A stretch of DNA of 64,000 bases from the human T2T-CHM13v2.0 reference genome, Homo sapiens, in NCBI RefSeq assembly GCF_009914755.1, contig NC_060928.1; one strand, 5' to 3'. Position numbers and translations under genes: made by a program. Below the pieces are notes generated by a model. It saw only the letters and a program-made list of their open reading frames with translations, searched no databases and was not told the origin of the DNA. This document shows, in pieces, positions 42,267-59,519 of this stretch (position 1 is the first letter of the stretch; each line of letters opens with the position of its first letter).

Positions 42267-45200
42267 TTCAGTGAGTGTCAGCAATCACAGCATCAGGCAA
42301 CAGGAAAGACAATCAATAGTCAGCAGTCCAAAGCTCCCCTGCCAGGACACCATAAAGCAGATCTTCATTCACACAGCTCTTAGGGAAACCTCAAGCCCAT
42401 TCTCATGCCTCTGCCTCACCTGTCCATAGATCCCCCAAAAGGGCTTCATCGTCACCTTTCAGTATTCAAAAATCAAAGTCTCTACCTGCTAGGGCTGCAC
42501 ACCTTTCTGTACCAACTAACAAAGCAGCCAAAGCAGCCAGTCAATCAACCTCTAATTCTAGGACATCAAGTAAAAAGAAAATACCTGTCCAGTCATCAAA
42601 GTCTACAAGTTAAACCTAAGGAAATTACATTGACCACTCTCAAGAAAGGATTGACTTTCCATTCATCTAGTCTAACAGGACAAAACACCCCACTGAGGGC
42701 AAGCAAAACTCTGAAACAACCTAAAAAAAGTCAATGGAAAACCACCAAGAAACAGTCAAAATGGACCCCAGCAACACCAAAGCCATTTCAGCTACAAAGA
42801 AAAGTCCAAAAACATCCAAGAAAATCCAGTCCATGCCAGCTAAGAAACAAAACAACCCACAATTAGAGCAGCTCCAAAAACATCTCAACCTAAGAAAAAA
42901 TCTCTAAAGACCCCTAGAAATGCTTTGTCTACATCATTCAAAAAAACAATCGTCTAAGTCCACAGCAATAAAAGCTTCCCCTAAAACCTCTTCGACCCTC
43001 AAAAAAGAGCCAACTAAATTTAAAAATACTTTGTCTTCATCTGCAAAACAAAAATTAAATCAGGCAGCAGTAGCTAAAGCAATCCCCCAAAAAACATTAG
43101 CCAAAAAGAAAGCTCAAAATAAACAAAAAAATATGTGGCTAACTCCAGTAAAAAAAGATCCAACTAAGGCAACAGCAATGAGGGAAGCTTCCAAAGCCAA
43201 AAAGAAAAATCTAACTAAATCCAAAAAGGCAGCACCTACACCTGCCAAGAAAAAGCTAATTCAGCCAGAATCAGTTGTAATGAAAAGGAAGACACCTACA
43301 GCCAAAAATAAAATGTTAAAGAAACCACAAAAAACCTTTACTGCACCTGCCAAAAAACAAATGAATCAGCCTAAAGCACTTAAATTAGTACTAAACACAC
43401 AACCAGCCTCTAAGAAAATACCAATTAAATCTAAAAGTTCCTTATCTAAAAGTGCCAAGGAACAGTCAAATCAGGCAAAAGATGATAAACCTCCAATTCT
43501 CAAAAACACTGTGGTCAAAAAAAAAAAAAAACTTAAGAAAATCTAAACTATTTCAATCTACACCAGCAAAGAAACAGCAGCATCAGATAAGTCCAACCAA
43601 ACCAGGTGAAAAATCAGCTGTGGCCAAAAAGAAAAATATAAAGAAACCTAAAAAGTCTTTGTCTAAATCTACCGATAAACAGCAAAAGCAGTCACTTAGC
43701 ACAGCCAAAAACATGTGGAGCAACTAGCAAACTCTAAGAAATACTATAAATAGGCTATCAACATCTGCCAAAAAACTGTTCAATCAGCCTAAATCCACTG
43801 AAGAAGGGCCAAAAAGATCTCCAGCCAAGAAGAAAATCAAAAAGAAACCTACATCTGCCAAAAACCAACAGAAATGGCCCACAAAAGGTATAAAGACTAC
43901 AAAAACACATCTTGCAAAGACCAAATCTGTAAAACTACCTCAAAAAAGACAGACCACATCCCCAACAGCAAATAAAAGACTAAGTAACTTCCAAAAGAGA
44001 CAATCTAAACCTTCTAAGAAAGATGTGAATCAACTTAAACCCCTTCAAGGAGTAAAAAGACAACCTCCTTTAGCAGGCAAAATGGAAAAACAATCTAAAA
44101 AAGGACAATCTGCATTTCCCACAAAAAGATTAAAATTATCTGAACAAGAAGGATCTAAATCTGTTCAAGACACATGGAAAAAGGTCCACAAAGCAAAAGG
44201 AAACCTTTCCCTAAAGTCACAAAAACACTGTTATCACATTCTCATGCCTCTGTTCCATCTAAATCTCCTTCTCCGCCAATACTACAGCCAGCTGGGTCAC
44301 ATCCCCATGCACACCAACATCATCATCACCAACGGCATCAATCATTTCATAAACCACCTTTCTGTAAACCAAAACCTCAGACCAGTCCAACAGGCATTAC
44401 AACTGAACCCACCAGTGTAAATAATACCTCAACTAGTACAAGCAACCCTGTACCTAGAGTCACTACTAATTTAGCCACAATCACTAGTACTTTATCCAAC
44501 AGCAAAATGTCTACGTCAGTTGCTCCAACTAGGGCAACTGCCACTACTGCTAAGGGACTAGATGGAATCACCAGAACACCTCAAACCCTATCCCCTGTCA
44601 CTGTAACCCCAATGACATCAAACACTAACTCAGAAATAGCTGCTGTATCTACAAAGCCGGCATCAACTGCAACTGTCCCAGCATCTGTGTTGGCCTCAGA
44701 GGCACCTTCAGTGGAATCCACACCTCAAGGGTCTGCTGCTTCCAGTGCCTCAGCCCCTACCAACCCAGGAGGTGGCTCCACAACCCTGCAAGCCTCTGTC
44801 TCCACCATTGCCTCTGATTTTACCACAGAGGACTTAGAAACTGAAGCAAACACAGCAGAGGACATCACCCTCTCGGCCATAGACTATTCCACCACTCAAG
44901 CTGCCTCTACAACTTCAGCAAACACAGGTTCCACATACCATGCCATTGCTGGCACCACTGCTGCAGCCACAGCTTCCACATTTGCTGTATCCACAACTGC
45001 AACAGGTACCACAACCCTAAGGATTTGTGCCACTACCAGTGGTGCTGCCTCATTGTCAGCCAGTGCTGCCACAACTCTTGCTTCTGTTGATACAGAAACA
45101 CCTGGAATTTCTACCATTGCTTCTTCTGGTTCTATTACAATAGCTGCATTGGGTACCACCACCACAACTGCAGCTGGTGCCACAACCACAGTTGCACCAA

Positions 45201-46682
45201 GTTCTACAACCACAAGTACACCTGACACTGCCACCACAGCTGCATTAAGTGCCACCATCACACCAGTGGATGAGACTACCACTCAAACAGTAGATGGCAC
45301 AACCACTAAAGCTACTACCTCAGTGGATGAGGAAACCACTGAGTCAGCAGATAATACAACTTTTGTAGCTGCCTCCACAACACCAATTGATGGCATCACA
45401 ACTGGTGCAACTGACTCTACGACCACCAGTGGTATGGCTACAACTTCAGCCACAGTGCTACAACTGCTGCTGCCAGCACAGCCATATCCGGTACTGCCAC
45501 AACAACTGAACAAGGTGCTACCTCTTCAACCCCTGTGACTTCAGCTTCTACTGCTGAGCCTGGTGTGTTGACCACCCTGAGTGAAACTACCACCCAGGGT
45601 TTTGGAGCTTCAACTGCAGAGGTGGAGACTACCTCCAAACCAGCAAATGACACAATCACCGAAGCTGTCACCACTCAGGCCAAAGATGCCACAATTGAAC
45701 CTTCTGCCACAACCTCCATAGCTAACCCTACGTCCTCAGCAGCAGACTCCACATCTCCAGCTACCAGGACAACAGCTATTGCAACTACAGCCATAATACC
45801 TGTAGGATCTACCACTACAACCGTAGAGGCCTCCACAACTCCAGTGGTTTATGTCACCACAAGTGTCACTACCCATACCTTCAGTCACTGGTAACACGTC
45901 TTCTGGTACCACCACAACTGTACAGCGTGGTGATGCCACAACTGTATTAAGTGTTGCCACCACCTTACCAGGTACTTCTACCTATACTGCTGAATCTGAT
46001 TCACTGACCAGTAACAGCGCAACTACCACCCTGACCCCTGATGCTACAAGTCCAGGGGACAATATCATCAATAAAACTTCAGATGGCACAACAACTGAGG
46101 TTGCCATCCCTCCAGCCAGAGAAGCTACAACTCCATCTACTGAGGCCACAACCCTCTAGCTGCCTTCACAACCTTAGAAGCAGGCACCCCATCTATGGCT
46201 ATACTTCAACAGCTGCTTTTTCTACAACCGTAATTCCTGTAGCAGCCACCACTGCAACAACTGCAGCCTCCACAAGTGTTGCCATCAACAGTAAGCCTTG
46301 GGTGACACAACTACTGCCAGTATGATTGTACCAGGTCCTGCCACCACAATCACAGTTACTGCTGCCTCCAGTGCTGAACCTGCTTCAATTATTGAAGCTA
46401 CAACTTCAGGAGATGAGGCCACTACTGAAGGAAGCTACAGTGCTCCAGCTATCACAATGACAGCAGCAACAATCACACCTAACAGTGACTCCATCACCAC
46501 TGCCCTAGTGGCAGCCACCAGTCCCATGACTATGGTCACCACAAATACAGCCTCATCTGGAACCACCTCTGCTGCACTATCTGCCGCTATAACTGCAGCC
46601 AGTTCTCCTACAATTGGCATTAACACTGCTTCCTCATAGTGAAAGCAATGCTAAAGTTCATCTCAATCACCTTGATAAACAG
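42267..46682 (+). pseudogene. Unit D: ~4.4-kb MUC7-like exon (FSE start, Lys-rich repeats, His/Cys motif, long PTS domain), decayed
   Basis: Acceptor tctattctctgcccctgcag|TTC AGT GAG; first stop TAG 42381. Consecutive broken ORFs 42405, 42920, 43452, 44174 (454 aa), 45535, 45851 and 46298; possible donor CAG|gtaaac at 46682. Confidence 0.88.
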
Positions 46683-47044
46683 GTAAACTAATGCATGTAA
46701 ACAATTAGATGAGAAAAATCAAAAGTGTTCTATATATGCCCAAATACATTGCATAATAGCTAGTTATTCCTGATTTGACTAAATTTTGAATTTCCAATTG
46801 TGTGAAAGAGAGCAGGTACTCTTCCAATTTATATGTAAGAATACAGAGGTATGGGATGTGCCCAAATTCAGAACACATGGTGGCAAAGTCAGGACTAGAA
46901 ACCAAATTTCTTAATACTGAAGCCCACTGTCAGAAAGCTTAGAGTTCTAGAATAGTGATTGCAAAAGACAGTTTAGTAGATAGTTGAATCAAAATCAGTT
47001 GGCTTCTTTTTCAATATAATTATTACTGAGCTCTACCACTATAG

Positions 47045-47350
<306 letters not shown>

Positions 47351-47710
47351 AGAAATTGTATTCTTAATATGATCTTCAGGGAGACAGGGGAATCTGATGA
47401 CCTTATGAGTGTGAAAACACTCACCTGGAAGGTACTGCAGAAGGGGAAATCAGCATGTATACAAGCTCAAACCAGAATACGTTAAGATTTTGTATTCTTG
47501 TAAGTCAAGAAATTGTAAGCCATTTCCTAGACGGGAATATAGCAAGAGTTAAACCTCAGTTAAATTCAGATGTAAATGAGGGCATAATTTTACTATTAAT
47601 AACGAAGATTTGTGGAGAAGAAAATAGAATTTTGTAGACATCAATATACACTATATACATATCTTGATGAAGAACTAGTCTAGATTATAGAACCTAATCT
47701 AAAACTCTAG

Positions 47711-48136
<426 letters not shown>

Positions 48137-48739
48137 CAAGTGAACAAAAGCATTCTAGGTAGTAATAATAATGAATGAAGCCTTAAGTGTAACTAGATGC
48201 GCTTTACCCTTAGCATAAAACACATAACTAGATGTGTTTTCCTCTAAAATACAATTATGTGCTGTCAGGAAAATAAGAAAGGGGTGCTAGGGGCTGCTAT
48301 ACAGAATGTGATTCATTTCAGATAAGAAATAGAAAATAGCCATTTTAAAATGACTAGTTAATGCTTATAGGACTGTATGAATTAATTGTACATTTCTCAA
48401 CATTTTTCAAGGTCTTAATATGGCTCAATATTAAACTTTTCTTGCTAACTTTTGCCAACATTGCCTCAAGAATTTGCTATCATAATTCTTCAGAAATGAG
48501 ATAATTCTAAAAATTATGCTTCTTTCACTCTCTTACTTTTTAAATGTGTTTATTTTTACTTCTTCAGCTTTTGTTCAATAAATCATTTTGAAACTCATTT
48601 GTTCCCTGTATGCGTTTTATCAGTCCCACACATCTTTGGAACTAGATTAAAAGTTTCATATGCTCTATCAGTCCCACACATGTTTGGAAATGGATTAAAA
48701 GATTCACATGCTTGTCCCTTTAAACAGCCCCCAATAATG

Positions 48740-49310
48740 AGCAATACTTAAATATAAGATTGACCAAGGCCTTCATGTGCCCCTCAGCTTGATTAAAGTT
48801 TAGACAGATTTCTTCCTGATTCTAGGCCTCTGACCTCCCTTTTATTACATCATTTCTTTAGAAAACTTACAATAGGAAATTATTTCTCTGCCCCTTTGAG
48901 ATGTAATTCTTTTTAAAAGCCTCTTGTCAGCTTTAGAACCAAGAATAAGTCTTTCTTAAGGACCTGGGAGCCATCTCTTTAAAATGTAACCATTAAAGAA
49001 GATAGTGCCCCCATCTTCCAGTCTCTATGGGAGGGTAGAAGCCTAACTTTAACAGATACCAGTTAGCAAACACAGATGGTCTAACGACAGAGAAAAACAT
49101 TTGTAAATTCAAAAATCAGGCAATGTGCTCCACCCAAGCCATTGGTCAGTGCCCTCCCTGCAAGATCCTCCAATACTTTTCTCACCCCAGTGTTAAAAAA
49201 CCTCCCACCGCTTGTTTCATTAGACTTGACTATTGTAATAGACTTGACTATTGTAATAACTTTGAATTAAGTCATCCTCGACTGATAAACTTTGTCCTGC
49301 AATTTTTGCT
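48740..49310. mobile_element. Probable ERV1-class LTR (MER39/MER34-like)
   Basis: Motifs cagcttga.taaa.tttagacag.tttcttcctga.tctagg...tctctgcccctttgagatgta; family assignment from memory only. Confidence 0.55.
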
Positions 49311-52195
49311 TTGATGAAATAACTGTGTGGGCTGCAGAAACCATAGGCAAATAAAATTTGGGTTAAAACTCCCATTAACCAACCTCCACAAGAAGATATC
49401 AAAGGAATGAAAATAGAGGATCATGCCTACTAAAATAATATGAAATATCTGTCCCATTTTGCCTACTTTTAAGGGCATGGGAAATATATATAAAATTTTT
49501 GAAACTGATACATTATAAATGGCTTATAATAAATATACTTTTAAACGTATAATTGACTTTGGTGCAAAATAATAGTAAGGGAAACCCCCAGCACAAAAAC
49601 AAAAAGGAAACAAAATCCAGGGAGGAGAACATGTGTAGGGACTCAGAGACTGCCCTGAAGGGCAGGCTTGGCCTTTTTAATACAGGATCTCGAATTTTAA
49701 AACCAAGATGAAGGCAAAAGACAGGACTTTAGGCTCACTTCAGGCAAATAGTTGGAACTAAGATTCTCCACATAATTCTGGGACTCTTGGGAAGCCATGT
49801 CCCTCATATGCACTCAAAGACGTTTGATTACTGGTAATGGTAAATAAAAAGCAATGTGCTGACTCACTTGAGCTCTGAAAATTAAAGAGAGTTTAAAAGA
49901 CAAAGGGCATGGATTGATAATGCCTAATAACATTCTCCCAATAAAACAATACATAAAGGAAACAGGAAATATTCAAAGACAAAAGGGCTAAGAATCATTC
50001 GAATTTTTATTGAAGTCATAAACATGTAAACATTTTTAAAAATAAAACAAGGAGACTGTATGAATTTTTTCCTCAAGCAAGACCTGTTGTAGTGACAGTG
50101 GTGGTTCTATTGGACCAGGCCTTTCCTAGGGGTACTCTCTTCATAAATAAATCAAATCAGAGGAATAATGTGGCCACATCACAGACACTGAAGTTTTGCC
50201 CAGCTTGTTTATACATCTAAAGCACTCTCAAAATTACCATGTACAGTTCAAAACAAACAATAATAATAGCTGACAATTAGTGAGTGCTCGTATGTACTAA
50301 GCGCTATACATTATCATGGAATCATATTAGACATTAACAACAACTCGGTGAGGTTGGTTCTATTGTTAGACCCTTTTTACAGATAAGAAATCTGAGTCTT
50401 GGAGGAATTAAGTGTTTTGCTCAAGGTCAAAGAGCTAGGAAGTGAAGGATCTAGCACTTATAAAATTACATCTAGATTTAATGTGAAATGCATGAAAAAT
50501 TAACACACAATTATTTTAGTTGCATACAACATCTTAGGCATGGAAAAATTGGCTCTAAGCATGTGAAGAAGTTGAAATCCCCTGAAAGAAATGGGCATAT
50601 AAACTAAGGTTGTTTTAATACATAATCTAAAGCAAGCTGACTCAGAGGATTATACTGGATACTAGATATTTTCTTTCCACCAAAAGACTGAAAAAGACAG
50701 CTGAATGTAAAAGAAAGTACTTCAGAAAAAATAGCACTATGAAATTTATACTTAGAATTTTCATTTCCTGAAAAGTCTGAAAAGTTTACATGATTGTCTT
50801 TGGGAGGTATTATATCAACACCTAGGAGGCCAAGGGGAGGCCCTCTGACCTGAGGACCTCCTCAATGTAACAAGAAGTAGATAGGACTTCTTTTCTACAA
50901 TTTAAACACACAGGAATTTTTAAATTGAATTCCCATTAAAAACCCACATGAAAAGAAGTATATTGTAACATCTAGTCTTTGTTGGCATGGACATTAAGGA
51001 AAGGGTGGGAGGGCATAAAATGATTTATTCTGGGTGATGGGATCATTCATACACCAAACCACAGTGACATAAAATTTACCCATGTAACAAATCTGCATAT
51101 GTGCCCCTGAACCTAAAATAAAAAAGGAAAAAAAGAAAAGGCGGACACAATCATAGGTGCACAATCCAGTTAACTTTTCAAATTGAACACACCATGTAAC
51201 CAGCTGCTACCCAGACGAAGAACTACAACAAGCCAGAAGTCTCTCACATTTTCCCTTCCGGCCATTTTCCCTAAACAAAAGATAAATAGCATTCTGACAT
51301 TTATCACTTCATTTCTGAGTTGCAGATCTCCATTTTCAGTTGCTTTTGAACAGAACACGTCCACGTAGATACCATGGAAACATCTCAAATGCTACATGTT
51401 TGAAAAAGAGTGTTATCTTTGCCCCCCACAGTCTCTGCCTCCTGATCCCCTCTCAATTAACACCTATCATCCACTCAGCTGCCCAAGCTACAAATCTCAG
51501 CACTATCTTCAACTCCTCTTCTTTATCATCACTATTCTATTGGTTCTTTTCTATTATTTTCTTGGTTTTTTATAAATGATACTTTCTTTTTATCCAAACT
51601 TATCCTTTCAGAGCTTTATGATGTCTGATTTATATTGCGTATGTAATAGTCTGCAAACAAGTCTTCCTGCTTCTAATTAATCTAATTTCTTCTCCTCACG
51701 GTAAAGATCAAGAACAGCTGGAACATTAAGGTTATCACAATAAGGCAACATGACTGGTGCCAAGTGAGCTATACAGAAAGAAAACATAAGGTCTGGGAGC
51801 TATTAATACCAGGAAACAGTATTTTATATGGCCTTTAAAATTTTAGCTTTATCTTTATTAAGATGAATAACCATCAGAGGCTTTGAGCAAAAGAGTGATA
51901 TAATCTGACTAACATTTAGAAGAAACACTATAGCTGCCTTTGATGATAACAGAGAGTGGAAACAGGAAACTAGTTGAAATACTAAAGCAAGTAATCAAGG
52001 TCAAAATTGATGGCTGCTGGACCAGGATGGGAGTGGTGGTGGAGCTACGAGAAATAGTCGGGCTCTAGATATATTTTGAAGGCAGAGCCATTAATATTTG
52101 CTCAATGACTGGATTGTTGGGTATGCAACAGAGTAGGTAAAAATGACTCCAGAATTTTTGACCTGATAATTAAAAGGATTAATTTTTAATTATCA

Positions 52196-52490
52196 TCTAT
52201 TAGTGTGCTTGGGCTGCCAGGACAAAATATCATAGACTGGGTAGCTTAAACCATATACATTTATTTTTTCACAGTTCTGGAGATTACAAATCCAAGATCA
52301 AGATGCTGGCTGATTCAATTCCGGATGAGGGATCTCTTTCTAGCTTGTAGGCAGCTTCTTTCCTGCTGTGTCTTCATATAGAATTTCCTCCAATACCTTC
52401 TAAAGGTCTTATCTCCAAGTGCAGTCACATTGAGGGTTACAACTTCAACATATGAATTTGTGGGGGGACACAATTCAGTTTATAGCTGTT
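52196..52490 (-). mobile_element. MLT1-type LTR within L2 remnants
   Basis: cacagttctggaga..acaaatccaagatcaag...acttcaacatatgaatttg.ggggggacacaattca. Confidence 0.8.
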
Positions 52491-53115
52491 GCCAACAAAT
52501 GAGATTGGAAAAACTATGAGAGCAGTTTTTGGGATGATATTGGGAGTATATCAGAAGTTTTGTTCAGCTATGCCATAGATCTACCTATTGACAGACCATT
52601 GTCTCTATTAAATAAAAAGATAGATATAATATCTGGAGTTTAAGGCAGATGCCTGAGCTGGAGATATTAATTTGATAATTATTATCATTTCAATGATATT
52701 TATAGTTAGATATGTGTAACTAAACAAATTTGTCAAGGGAGTATTAATAGAGAAGGGAGGAGATTCAAAGGCTGAACCACAGAATGCTTCAGACAGAAGA
52801 GAAGATGGGGGAAAACAACAAAGATATGTGAGAAGAAAGGTGAGTGAAGTTGAAGAAAGAACAAGATGGAAACCAAATGAAGAAAATGTTTCATGAAGAA
52901 AGGCAGGACCAACTCTGCCAAATGCACTGATAAGCAAAATGAGGTCTGAAAATGACAGCTTGATTCAACAATACAAAGGCTTGAGCAATTCAAAGAGAAC
53001 TACTAGAGCAGTTTAGGTAGAGTAGAAGTTGCCTTTTGAAGTAGATTGAAAGGAAAGGGAAGGAGAAACTTGAGACAAGTTTTTGGAGCGGCTTTGTTAT
53101 AAAAGCAAAGAAATC

Positions 53116-55154
<2,039 letters not shown>

Positions 55155-55624
55155 AAAAGCAAAGAAATCAAACAGTTTCTAGATGGGGAAGTAAAAGACA
55201 AGAGGAAAAAATGTTTGTTTTTAAAATTTGTCTTAAGATAAAAAAGAGCAAAATGTCTATATGTTGATAATGAGCCAACAAAAAGGGAAAAATTAATAAA
55301 CAGGAGAAATAGGGTTTCTGAAATGATGTCTCTGGATATGCAAGAGGGGTGGGATCTAGTCTGAAATGGAAGGCTTGAAGTTAGGACTACCTTTAGAGAA
55401 CTCATCTATGCTCATTGAAAGGAAGACAAAATGTAAGAATTCAGATTATAGGTGACATGGAAATAGGGTAGTAGAGCTTGTGAATTTTTTTTTATTTCAT
55501 CTATTTACTCTTTTATAAAATAAGGAGCAAGATCACCAGCTGAGACTGAGGATGGGAAAAAGGTAGTGGAAACTTGAAGAGAGAGAAGCTATAATAAGAA
55601 GACTGAAAAATAATGGATTAGAGT

Positions 55625-55919
55625 TCAGGCGCGGTGGCTTACACCTGTAATCCCACTTGGGAGGCCGAGGCGAGAGGATCACCTGAGGTCAGGAGTTTGA
55701 GAACAGCCTGGCCAATATGGCAAAACCCCGTCTCTACGAAAAATACAAAAATATTAGCCAGACATGGTGGCACGCACCTGTAGTCCCAGCTACTTGGGAG
55801 GGTGAGGCAAGAGAATCACTTGAACCCAGGTGGTAAAAGTTGGCAGTGAGCCAAGATCACGCCACTGCACTCCAGCCTGGGCAACAGAGCAGGACTCCAT
55901 CTCTATTAAAAAAAAAAAA
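55625..55919 (+). mobile_element. AluSx-like
   Basis: Dimeric Alu; flanking aatggatta duplication. Confidence 0.9.
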
Positions 55920-58900
55920 TGGATTAAAGAACTTTAATACAGTTACCAGTCAGCATTAATAGGTGCCTTCAATTCATGATGAAGTATAGTTTTAGTTTTC
56001 TGTGGGTATAGGAACTTAGTGAATGAAGAATTAAATTTACTCTGGATAGATATTTTGCCAAGCAAGCACAATAAAGCAAAAACAAAACGAGGGAATTAAT
56101 AGTGTGTGCAGGCGTGGGATTATAATGATTGTTCATGAGATATAAAGCGAGTAAGGACTCAGAGGGTGTAAGGAAGAGTGAATAGTTAATAGAATTGATG
56201 GATTGTAGGTCCTTGTGAATTAAAGAATTATTAAAATCAGGGTAACAGAGGGAGGTTGGAAATTGAGTTGTTTCTAATAGGGACTATTAGTAGTAGCATT
56301 TTAAAATATGGGCATTGGAATGTGTGGTTACGAGAGTGGACTATCAGTGTACAGGAGAAAAGAAGGTCAAGGAACTGAGATGACAAAATAATGAATGAAA
56401 CCACCTTTTATGTGAACATTGAAATCACTATGAATTGAGAAAAGAATGATATAAAGAATAGTTACAGTGAGCCAGGAAGTAAAATCTTTACAGGAAGAAA
56501 GAAAATGATTTGAGTATCACTAGATGACTAATTGGACATGTCATGGGAAGTATACAAATGATACAAGAGTCCAAGCTGGTGGAAATTTGGAGACAGACAC
56601 AAAATGATCCAAAGCATTAGTAAAGAACAAGGAAGATATCTAACTCACCTCCAGGCTTAAAGGTATAAAACCATCAAAAATAAAAGAGGCTAGACTTAAC
56701 ATAGTTACAGGTAAATTCATGTCTTCAGGTTGTAAGAGCTAGGTTTTAGGCATTGTACGTCACTGAAGACAGAGGAAAGTCTTCAGAAGTTGGTGGAAGG
56801 TAAGAAATTAGTATAGAACAGGATTTGCAGAGCATTTTTGGAAATACATTATGAGAGATGCATAGTGACTAGGAGACTGCCTCTTCTTATGGTGACTGAG
56901 ATTAACAGAAATAAAGGGCTTAATGAGATTAGTCTTGATGGTCTCAAAGCAGATAATGGTGTTGAGTGTGGGGCTTGGAAGGAATGGAAGTCTTGAAGTC
57001 TTGAATTCACGCTTACATATTGTGATTTTAAGGACAAGTAATTGTCAGTCTTACTCCAAGTGTATAAAACTCAATTTTGACCCCAGTGAGTACAGTGACA
57101 TGGAAGAGGGAGAATTTACTTGAATCAGAATTCTCAGGGCTTCCTTTAGAGCCCTGCTTATCTTACTCTTGACACCAGGCAATTGATGTTAGCAAGAAGC
57201 GGGGAATCAGACATTCCCTCTTCTTAAACCTAATTAGCACTAAAGAGTTCTTGTCTCTGTGCTGTTGTTGTTGCCTTTTACTTACACATAAAAAGTTCTT
57301 TCTAACCCAACTCCAGGTCTCAAAACTTACCCAAATTTCAAAATTAAGAACATTTCCAAAATAATAGTGATTTCTACCTCTGTTGAAACCCACAAATTAA
57401 AATGTTTTGATTATGTAACTCATTGGTCATATTTTGCCTGTCTTGCTCCCAAATACTGCACTTGGGTTCTTGGAGCTGAACCTTAAAGTTAATAGGCACT
57501 CAATTAGTATTCAAATGAATGAATAAATGGCAATGAATATGGCTATCATATGCAAACCTTTCCTCCTAGAATAGATTATAAATTCTTTGAGGATAACCAT
57601 TGTATCTTCCACTTCTCTATTTCCAGAAGTGCCTTTCACAAACACTTGATAGGTAATTGTTGAATTGATAGGCATTCTTATTCATTAAACATGTGGTACT
57701 GGTGAGGTTGGAAATTCAATAAAACAAAATAAGCATTCTGGGAAAATCAGTTAAGTCTATGCCTGGGAGCTTACAGGAATCACTGCTAGATGAGGACACC
57801 ATCATCTGTTTCCTAATCTGTAGCTCCTCTTCTATATTATTTTAATACATGAAAACGCACTGGTGTTAACCTACCTGAGCATTGCAAGGGACAATTTCCA
57901 CAAATAGTGACTAGATCATAAACTGGAAAGCATGTGGGAATATAAAAGAGCTATTCACCTCATTGAAGGGGTGAATAGGATTAGGACTTCTTGGGCCATT
58001 AAAAAAAAGAATTTCAATATGAAAATTTTTTTAACATAAAAAGCCTTGATTTTATTGTTCCAGATTCTATTTGAAAACCACAAAGTGGAAATTTTAGCTA
58101 TCTTAGATCTTATAAGGATGAATTAGTGCCAGCAAGGGATTCTGTGTCTGAAGATGGTGGCTTACTTGAAAAGACATGCAAATATTATCTCTAATTGAAT
58201 GAGCATTCCATCCTTAAGCATGTATGATTGCACTGGCTTTCCAACAATTACTTTATTTCTTTGAAGAGCAATATTTAATGTCATGGGAATGGTATTTCCA
58301 AGCTACTAAAGTAATAACATTATAATTGTTCAACTCATAACACCTTACCTTTGATCTGAAGGTGATTATTATATACATAGATGCTTTATAGGTGCCTGAT
58401 TGAAAAAACAATCCAGTGACTGGCTTGCATATAATTTTGGAGATATGGTATTTGTTCTAATGTGTAATAAAAGAAGGTAAACTACAGAAAGGTATTAAGA
58501 TGAGCCAGAAGATAGGGAAAATTGAAGAAGCCTTAAAAAAAATGACAAAATGTTCGACCTCATTTGCTTTTCTAGCTGGTAAGATCCATATATGCAATCA
58601 TTAATAAATTTTAGGGTTACATTATGTGAAAGAAGTATATGGGTTTTTTAAAAGTTGCATATACTATAAGTTAAATTTTTGCTGTATTGAAATGGGAAGG
58701 GATAACAAGCCAATTAAGTTCCAACTGAGTCTCTACATTGTCTGATAAAAGTATTGTTGCACCATGCCTTACATAGAAATAGCTGAAAATCACTAATACC
58801 TTAAACTCAGATTTTTATGGAAGTTTTAGAATACATACCAATGGATCATCTCAGCGAGTGACTCAATAGGTGTGATGTATTTTTGTTTGTTTCATGTAAA

Positions 58901-59519
58901 CAGACAATTATCTTCAGAAACTGGAGATAAAAGCTTGTTAGTGTAAGTTTACTGAGCAATCAGCAAGGTATCTATAAATCACCCAGAAAAAAATGTAATA
59001 AGCCATGCAATAGTCTATTAAACAGCCTTTCATTTTTTCTTCTCATATATTATAAATATATTTTTCAAACACTCAACCAAATGTAATTCTGTTCTTTAAA
59101 AAACTACAGCCTAGTACAGTGAATCCTCATGTAAACTAATAAATGGCCATAGATGTAAAATGCTATTACAGTGAATCCAAATTTTGCAGTGGAGCAGAGG
59201 AAGAAACACTTTTTTAAAGAAGTAAAATGACACTAGAGCTAGAGAGTTAACATTTAGAAGGCTTCATAATATTGAAAATATGAGCCTTCCCCCTTTCAAT
59301 TTGAAGATAAGCTTAATAGGTTCACTCTGTACCTAAGAGCTGCATGCACAAAAGACAACAGACATTTCCCATCCTCTCTTTTGTTAGGGGATTAACTCAG
59401 AAGCAATCCTTTATATGGGAAGCTTTTTCTCTCCCCCACTGAAATAAAGGAGGAAGAAAGAGGAAGCTGTGTTTCTTTCTGAGATTTAGGCTTTCTCAGC
59501 CTGGATTTCATCTTCATGC

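Noticed and set aside
44377-46626. Val/Ala-rich minus-strand ORFs (also 6712-6945 and 31218-31859)
   Set aside because: Antisense shadows of Thr/Ala/Ser codons (ACN reads as NGT/GTN); they mirror the + strand PTS frames.
48618-48713. Two-copy ~48-bp direct repeat (tatcagtcccacacat.tttggaa...gattaaaag)
   Set aside because: Simple local tandem duplication with no spacers or further copies; not CRISPR-like.
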